DNA from: Bacteroidia bacterium
Lineage (GTDB): Bacteria; Bacteroidota; Bacteroidia; UKL13-3
Assembly (NCBI GenBank): GCA_044351265.1
Contig: JBILGC010000001.1
Span: 30,167-94,166 of the forward strand
DNA: 64,000 nucleotides
Reading direction: 5' to 3'
Part shown: positions 58,226 through 64,000 of the stretch, in pieces
Numbering within the stretch: position 1 is the stretch's first letter
Layout: every line of letters starts with the position of its first letter
The notes under the pieces: model-generated
Told to the model about the DNA's origin: nothing
The model's input: the letters and a program-made list of their open reading frames with translations, nothing else
Databases searched by the model: none
Program-made: the position numbers and the translations under genes

Positions 58226-59044
58226 CTAAGGAAGCAGGCGCATCTTTATCCTCACATCTCTGAGGGGCCTGTCGTTCTCATCGCGGGGTAAATTAGCTAT
58301 AAAATCAACAACTTCCATGCCTGAAACAACTTCGCCAAAAACAGTGTATTGCTTATCCAGATGAGGTACACCACCGGGTTTAATATATTGTTGAATCATT
58401 TGTGTGGTAAAATCCATCTGATAAGGTCTGAACAACTGATCTACCTGCTCTTTAAGCTTAAGTGAGTATTGAACCATTCCGGCACTGTCACCGCGAAAAT
58501 TATAATCACGAAATTTTTCTTTAACTGAATCCGTAGCCATAATAACTGAGAAAAGCGTCATTTTTCCTGCGTAGTTATATTCATTCATCACTTTGGTAAG
58601 TTCTTTTGTTGACCACCGCTTACCTGATACAATATAGAACTGCCCTGCACTAGATGAGTAATCAGAATCAAGAGTTCTGGCAGCTGCAAGCGCCCCGCGC
58701 TTATGGTAATACTCGGGTACAAATTCAGGCGGTATCTTATAATCTAAGTCTGTATCTCCCAACTTATCACCTGGTTTAGACTTACGCGAATTGGGATCAC
58801 CGGCCTGTATAACAAATTCAGGAATAGCACGGTGAAATAAAAGACTATCATAATAACCCGCCTTTACCAGTTGAATAAAATTATCCCGATGCTTTGGTGT
58901 TTTATTATATAGCTTAATAATAATGTTTCCGTATGTGGTCGTTATTTCTACTCGCTGCTCCTTCTCCTGCTTTATAGGCGTTTGAGCCCGGGTTGTAGCC
59001 AAAAGGATAACACACCCTAAAATAATTGAAAGCTTACGTTTCAT
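58226..59044 (-). CDS. cyclophilin-type peptidyl-prolyl cis-trans isomerase (secreted/lipoprotein)
   Basis: Start trimmed to ATG 59044 (MKRKLSIILGCVILLATT). Contains FHRAIPEFVIQAGDP, SAGQFYIV and TVFGEVVSGMEVVD motifs. Confidence 0.9.
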   Translation of the reverse strand: MKRKLSIILGCVILLATTRAQTPIKQEKEQRVEITTTYGNIIIKLYNKTPKHRDNFIQLVKAGYYDSLLFHRAIPEFVIQAGDPNSRKSKPGDKLGDTDLDYKIPPEFVPEYYHKRGALAAARTLDSDYSSSAGQFYIVSGKRWSTKELTKVMNEYNYAGKMTLFSVIMATDSVKEKFRDYNFRGDSAGMVQYSLKLKEQVDQLFRPYQMDFTTQMIQQYIKPGGVPHLDKQYTVFGEVVSGMEVVDFIANLPRDENDRPLRDVRIKMRLLP

Positions 59045-59136
59045 GTTATGCAAATTATGAAATTTTAAATCTGATTACCGCAAAATTTTGTACTACAATC
59101 CGCTATGAATGATGAAATTTTTAGCCATTAGGTTGC

Positions 59137-59505
59137 TTACAATGTTTCTAAAATGCCTTCTGAATCAAAATATTTTACAACCAGCTTTTTCATAAGGGTT
59201 TCTTGTTTGGTTAAATCAGCATATGGCAGTTTCTTCAGTTCTTCATAATGGGGCCAACCTTCCTCGTCAGTATGTGAAAGGCGGTAATAGCCGTCATAGC
59301 TAAACAATTTACAGGTAGCTATATGCATTAAATCCATCTTTTCATCTTTGCTAAAATTGCGGTTTTGACCCAGCTCTCTTATCCCTATCAAAAAGAGCAA
59401 TCCGTTCATATCAGGTTTTTTATCAAACTGCTTTTTTAGCCCAAACACAATCTTATACCATTTCATTTTGGTCTCTTCATCCAGTTCATATAATTCCTTT
59501 TCCAT
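59137..59505 (-). CDS. hypothetical protein
   Basis: 122-aa ORF with no competing frame and no recognised motif. Confidence 0.55.
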   Translation of the reverse strand: MEKELYELDEETKMKWYKIVFGLKKQFDKKPDMNGLLFLIGIRELGQNRNFSKDEKMDLMHIATCKLFSYDGYYRLSHTDEEGWPHYEELKKLPYADLTKQETLMKKLVVKYFDSEGILETL

Positions 59506-59558
59506 AACAAGATGCGAATTAACACCAACATTATAAAACTTTAGTATATTGAAACCCG

Positions 59559-62500
59559 ATGTGTAAACATTTTATTGTCATTATTCTTCTGCTAACCCTG
59601 CAACCCGCTTTTGCTCAGTTAAATGAAAACTTTGCAGATGGCGATTTTTCTGCAAACCCCATGTGGCAGGGTGATGATTCACTCTTTCAGGTGAACAGTT
59701 TTTTACAGTTGCAAAGCAAAGGCACGGCAGGCACAACAAAGGATATTTCGCTAAGTACATCAAGCCCTATCTCTCAGGGAGAATGGCGTTTTTGGGTTAA
59801 GTTTAACTTAAGCCCAAGTACCGCTAATTTTTGCCGTTACTACCTTATGAGCGACAGTATGAATCTGAAAGGCCCGCTTAATGGATATTTTGTACAACTG
59901 GGAGGCATTACAGGCAACAATGATTCCATTATGCTTATGAAGCAGAAAGGATCTACCATAACACAAATTATTGGGGGCAGAAGAGCCACTGTTTCGAAAA
60001 CCAATAATCTGGTGCGCATAAAAGTACTCAGAAATAGCACAGGAAACTGGCAGTTGTTTAGCGATACGCTTGGCGGAAATAATTTTACTACCGAAGGTAA
60101 TGCCACTGATAATGAATTCTCCTTATCAAGTTTTACCGGTTGGTTTATCCGATTCACCTCTACCAATATTTCTAATTTTTATCTGGATGATGTGTATGCA
60201 GGACCTGTAATTATTGATAATACCCCACCGGCAGTAGATAGCGTGAGTGTAATTGGTGCAAATACAATACGAATAAGATTTTCTGAACCAGTTGATGCCA
60301 ACACAGCAACTGAAACTTCAAATTATTTGATTAACAATGGGCTGGGAAACCCGATTGATGCTCAGGTTGAAGCCGGGAACAATCAGGTAGTGATACTTAG
60401 TTTCTTTTCTGCCTTTTCCAATAAAAGCAGTTATACAATAAGCATATCAGGAGTAGAGGATTTCTCAGGCAATGCCATGAGTTTGATTCAGCGAAACTTC
60501 TTTTATTACACGCCTGCTGCAGGAGATGTGCTGATCTCAGAGTGGATGGCCGATCCTACACCGCCTGTTATTTCCCTGCCTGAACAGGAGTTTATAGAAT
60601 TGTATAACAATGTCGGCATACCCATAAATCTCAAAAACTGGATAATTTCTGATGGAGGCACTCCTGCCTTGCTTCCTGAAGTGATATTACCGGCAGACTC
60701 GTTCATAATCATTTGTGCATCGGCACAAGCTGCCACATTTGCTCCCTATGGTATGGTTGCAGGGGTTGCAAGCTTCCCTACATTAAATAATTCGGCTGAT
60801 GTCATTATTTTGAAAGCTCCTTCAGGAAGCTCCATCCATCAAGTAGATTATGACCTAAGCTGGTATAATGACGATACCAAAAAAGATGGAGGCTGGAGTA
60901 TTGAACTGAAAAATCCGAAGAATATTTGTTCAGGTAAATCAAATTATAACGCATCAGTTGATGTTAATGGCGCAACACCCGGAAAAAGAAATACCGTTTG
61001 GGATAACAGCATAGACCAAACCCCTCCAAAGGTTAAAAATGTGATATGTAAAAGCAGCACGGAAATTATTTTGATGCTTGATGAGGGTGCAGATATGAGC
61101 AGTATTGCATCTGCATCGCTCACACTTTCTAATGGCATTGGCATTACTGCAAAAAGCAGCATATCCGCAGCAAACGATAGCCTCTTGCTTCTAGTAAATC
61201 CTGCTTTGCAAAACAAACAAAATTATGTGCTTACAATTAACGGCATCAGGGATTGTAATCAGAATAGCATGCAAAATATACAGGCAAGTTTTTTCTACTA
61301 TCAGCCTGACACTGCAAGGCCATATGATATTTTGATTCATGAAATTATGGCCGACCCCGACCCAGCAGTTGGCTTGCCTGCGGCTGAATATATTGAACTG
61401 TATAACCGCAGTGCAAGGGTGATTTCTTTAAAGAATTGGCAATTAAAACACGCTTTAACCACCATACTGCTTCCTGATATTTTGTTATTGCCGGATAGTT
61501 TTATCGTTGTATGCAATAGCAAGGTTGCAGCATTATTTAGTGGTATTAGTAGCCTTGTGGGCTTAGCCGATTTTCCTTCTTTAACAAACGATGGACAAAT
61601 ATTGAGCATAAGAAATGTCGAAGGAAAAACCATTCATGCGGTAAATTATCAATCTTCTTGGTATCAGAACAATTTAAAAAAGGACGGTGGTTGGAGCTTA
61701 GAAATGATTGACACAAGAAACCCATGCGGAGAGGCTAATAATTGGCAGGCAAGCACAAACCCCAAAGGAGGCACTCCGGGTAAAGCAAATAGCATTAGAG
61801 GTAATAATAAAGATATACTGTCACCTGAACTGATTCGCATTTATCCAGCTGATAGCCTTAAACTCCTGGTATACTTCAATGAGTCGATTGATTCTCTAAG
61901 CCTAATGCAGCATAACCGTTACCGCTTTAATCCTTCTGTTGCATTTACAAATGTTAATGCATCTGCTCCTGACTTTAAGGACATATGCATTAATCTGACT
62001 GCGCCCCTTCAAAAAAATACCATTTACAGGCTACTCATAGACTCCATTGCAGATTGCGCTGGCAACCAAATTCAAGCCCGTGACTACGGAGATTTTGGCT
62101 TGCCTGAACCTTTTAGTAAAGGTGATTTGGTTATTAACGAAGTGCTATTTAATCCCAATACGGGAGGAAGTGATTTTATTGAAATATACAATAACAGCAA
62201 TAAGGTTATTGATTTGAAGACGCTTCGCATTGCTGATACCGATGATAAGGATAGCCTTAATCAAATTTATGCAATTGCTCCTCAAGGTTTCATCATACTG
62301 CCGGAACAATACATTGTACTAACAGAGAATGCTGATCATATTGCCTTAAATTATTTTGGTTCCGATAAATTAAGCATGATAGAAACCAATTTGCCGTCAA
62401 TGAATGACGATGAAGGAGTTTGCGTTTTGGTTGATGGTGCAGGTTTTGGATACGATCAGTTGAATTATGATGACAAGATGCATTTTGCCTTACTGGATGA

Positions 62501-62957
62501 TAAAAACGGAGTAAGCCTTGAGCGCATTGATTATAATAGAGCAAGCAATGAACGTACCAACTGGACTTCCGCTTCTGCAACATCAGGCTACGGAACACCA
62601 ACACGCAAAAATTCGCAATACATGCAATCTGCTGCGGGCCGTTCATTGTTATCCTTGTCTTCTGAAATATTTTCGCCTGATGGAGATGGTTATCAGGACT
62701 TGTTGAACATCTATATTAAAACACCTGCAAACGGTTATACCGGAACATTATCCGTTTATGACAATAATGGGCGTATGGTAAAACAACTGATGCGTAATGA
62801 TATTCTTGGCACCGAAAACACCATAAGCTGGGATGGCATTAATGATAATAATGAAAAAGCCAATATCGGCATCTACATCATATATCTAGAAGCTTTTGAC
62901 CTAAAAGGTAATACCATTAAAGAAAAAATAACAGCAGTGGTTGGCGCAAGGCTATAA
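59559..62957 (+). CDS. secreted protein with three lamin-tail domains (LTD), Ig-like spacers and a C-terminal FlgD-Ig/CHU_C-like domain
   Basis: 1132 aa. Signal peptide MCKHFIVIILLLTLQPAFAQ. LTD cores: VLISEWMADPTP..EFIELYNNVGIPINLKNW, ILIHEIMADPDP..EYIELYNRSARVISLKNW and LVINEVLFNPNTGGSDFIEIYNNSNKVIDLKTL. C-terminal FSPDGDGYQDLL...ISWDG...GIYIIYLEAFD. Confidence 0.85.
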   Translation: MCKHFIVIILLLTLQPAFAQLNENFADGDFSANPMWQGDDSLFQVNSFLQLQSKGTAGTTKDISLSTSSPISQGEWRFWVKFNLSPSTANFCRYYLMSDSMNLKGPLNGYFVQLGGITGNNDSIMLMKQKGSTITQIIGGRRATVSKTNNLVRIKVLRNSTGNWQLFSDTLGGNNFTTEGNATDNEFSLSSFTGWFIRFTSTNISNFYLDDVYAGPVIIDNTPPAVDSVSVIGANTIRIRFSEPVDANTATETSNYLINNGLGNPIDAQVEAGNNQVVILSFFSAFSNKSSYTISISGVEDFSGNAMSLIQRNFFYYTPAAGDVLISEWMADPTPPVISLPEQEFIELYNNVGIPINLKNWIISDGGTPALLPEVILPADSFIIICASAQAATFAPYGMVAGVASFPTLNNSADVIILKAPSGSSIHQVDYDLSWYNDDTKKDGGWSIELKNPKNICSGKSNYNASVDVNGATPGKRNTVWDNSIDQTPPKVKNVICKSSTEIILMLDEGADMSSIASASLTLSNGIGITAKSSISAANDSLLLLVNPALQNKQNYVLTINGIRDCNQNSMQNIQASFFYYQPDTARPYDILIHEIMADPDPAVGLPAAEYIELYNRSARVISLKNWQLKHALTTILLPDILLLPDSFIVVCNSKVAALFSGISSLVGLADFPSLTNDGQILSIRNVEGKTIHAVNYQSSWYQNNLKKDGGWSLEMIDTRNPCGEANNWQASTNPKGGTPGKANSIRGNNKDILSPELIRIYPADSLKLLVYFNESIDSLSLMQHNRYRFNPSVAFTNVNASAPDFKDICINLTAPLQKNTIYRLLIDSIADCAGNQIQARDYGDFGLPEPFSKGDLVINEVLFNPNTGGSDFIEIYNNSNKVIDLKTLRIADTDDKDSLNQIYAIAPQGFIILPEQYIVLTENADHIALNYFGSDKLSMIETNLPSMNDDEGVCVLVDGAGFGYDQLNYDDKMHFALLDDKNGVSLERIDYNRASNERTNWTSASATSGYGTPTRKNSQYMQSAAGRSLLSLSSEIFSPDGDGYQDLLNIYIKTPANGYTGTLSVYDNNGRMVKQLMRNDILGTENTISWDGINDNNEKANIGIYIIYLEAFDLKGNTIKEKITAVVGARL

Positions 62958-62969
62958 AACAACTTAATT

Positions 62970-63647
62970 TCAATCTTTCTTGCCTGCAATAGTGATTACT
63001 ATTTCGCCTTTTGGAGGATGTGCTTCAAAATGTTTAACTGCATCTATCAATGAGGTATTAATTGTTTGTTCAAACTTTTTGGTAAGTTCTCTTGAAACGG
63101 AAACCAATCGGTCTTCACCAAAAAATTCAGTTAGTTGTTTCAAAGTCTTTATAAGGCGGTGGGGTGCTTCATACAATACAACAGTTCTTGCCTCGGCTGC
63201 AAGCTCTTTTATTTTTGTTTGACGGCCCTTTTTTTCAGGCAAAAATCCTTCAAAAACAAACGCATCGCAAGGCAAACCGCTTTTAATAAGTGCAGGAACA
63301 AAAGCTGTAGGTCCGGGCAAACACTCCACCTCAATATCGTTGCGCAAACATTCTCTCACAATTAAAAACCCGGGATCTGATATGCCAGGTGTACCGGCAT
63401 CACTTACCAATCCGATATTTTTTCCTGAATGAAGCAAATTAACAATACGCTGCAATTCTCGGTGTTCATTGTGCTGATGAAACGGTTGCATTTGTTTCTC
63501 AATATTTAGGTGCTGCAATAATTTAAGGGTATGCCGTGTATCTTCTGCCAAAAGCAACTCAACTTCTTTCAACATGCGTATCGCTCTTAACGTAATATCT
63601 TCAAGGTTACCGAGAGGTGTAGGAATAATGATTAGCTTACCAGCCAT
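62970..63647 (-). CDS. rsmI: 16S rRNA (cytidine1402-2'-O)-methyltransferase
   Basis: 225 aa. Contains LIIIPTPLGNLEDITLRA, AEDTR and SDAGTPGISDPG motifs of the RsmI tetrapyrrole-methylase-like family. Confidence 0.93.
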   Translation of the reverse strand: MAGKLIIIPTPLGNLEDITLRAIRMLKEVELLLAEDTRHTLKLLQHLNIEKQMQPFHQHNEHRELQRIVNLLHSGKNIGLVSDAGTPGISDPGFLIVRECLRNDIEVECLPGPTAFVPALIKSGLPCDAFVFEGFLPEKKGRQTKIKELAAEARTVVLYEAPHRLIKTLKQLTEFFGEDRLVSVSRELTKKFEQTINTSLIDAVKHFEAHPPKGEIVITIAGKKD

Positions 63648-63797
63648 GTTTGCAAGATAAATAAAAGAAAGAAGCTGCTGTCCATTTATGTAAAAACGAA
63701 TAGTCTTTTATGAAACTAGAAAAACTTAAAAAAAGGTAATGTTTTCTATTCCAATCTAACTACATCCTTCTGAAAGAAGCAGTTGGTTGTTAAGTAT

Positions 63798-63826
63798 AAA
63801 AAAAAGCCCGGCTAAACCGGGCTTTG
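63798..63826 (-). terminator. rho-independent terminator after the partial T9SS type-B gene
   Basis: aaaaaaa-agcccgg-ctaaa-ccgggct, with the T run on the coding (minus) strand, about 18 nt past the stop. Confidence 0.7.
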
Positions 63827-63843
63827 AATTTTACAGCTTGAAA

Positions 63844-64000
63844 TTATTTAATCAGTGTTACAGTGCCTGTAACTGTTGCAGGATCCTGAGCCCTGAGTTG
63901 ATAATTGAAAATAAAGTAGTAAACACCGGCAGGGCACTCCCCACCATCATTCATATCTTTACCGTTCCAGGTTTTTGTTCTGTCTTTACTTTCAAAAACC
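63844..64000 (-). CDS. C-terminal end of a protein with T9SS type-B (CHU_C / gliding-motility-associated) sorting domain; rest beyond window end
   Basis: Reverse-complement translation ...VFESKDRTKTWNGKDMNDGGECPAGVYYFIFNYQLRAQDPATVTGTVTLIK* matches the W-x-G...G-x-Y-Y-(Y/F)...G-x-V-T-L-I-(K/R) tail of CHU_C domains. It is too short for the ORF track. Confidence 0.7.
   Translation of the reverse strand, partial: VFESKDRTKTWNGKDMNDGGECPAGVYYFIFNYQLRAQDPATVTGTVTLIK

Overview
This 64-kb chromosomal window looks like Bacteroidota, probably a Chitinophagales/Sphingobacteriia-like organism. The evidence is TAnnTTTG -7 promoter boxes just upstream of several genes, the housekeeping synteny, and at least six proteins ending in T9SS C-terminal sorting domains. 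I support about 48 protein genes and 2 tRNAs (Arg-CCT, Glu-TTC).

Most of the window is core metabolism and translation: acpP, pyk, rplM-rpsI-rpsB-tsf-pyrH-frr, metG, ftsH, lpxH, prfA, purL, gap and rsmI.

Accessory content:
- A 12.8-kb gene for a 4259-aa secreted beta-helix/IPT protein, next to a T9SS-secreted endonuclease I.
- An M6 metalloprotease, a triple lamin-tail-domain protein and a small Kazal-domain protein.
- A CarF/TMEM189-family lipid desaturase next to a Crp/Fnr regulator, and a SET-domain protein.

I found no transposase, integrase, phage, CRISPR-Cas or recognisable defence genes, and no convincing new multi-gene protein system.

The most unusual signals are non-coding:
- A mosaic (head/cargo/tail) structured repeat family fills two long intergenic regions (44.3-45.2 kb and 49.07-49.38 kb). 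Compensatory base changes between copies preserve predicted stems.
- A tandem array downstream of tRNA-Glu re-uses the tRNA 3' end as both direct and inverted repeats around hairpin-rich inserts.
- tRNA-Arg fragments flank an AT-rich single-gene islet.
- A 10 x 7-bp TGTTNAA array lies in a promoter region.

All functional calls come from motifs read by eye in the translated ORFs. No database search was run.
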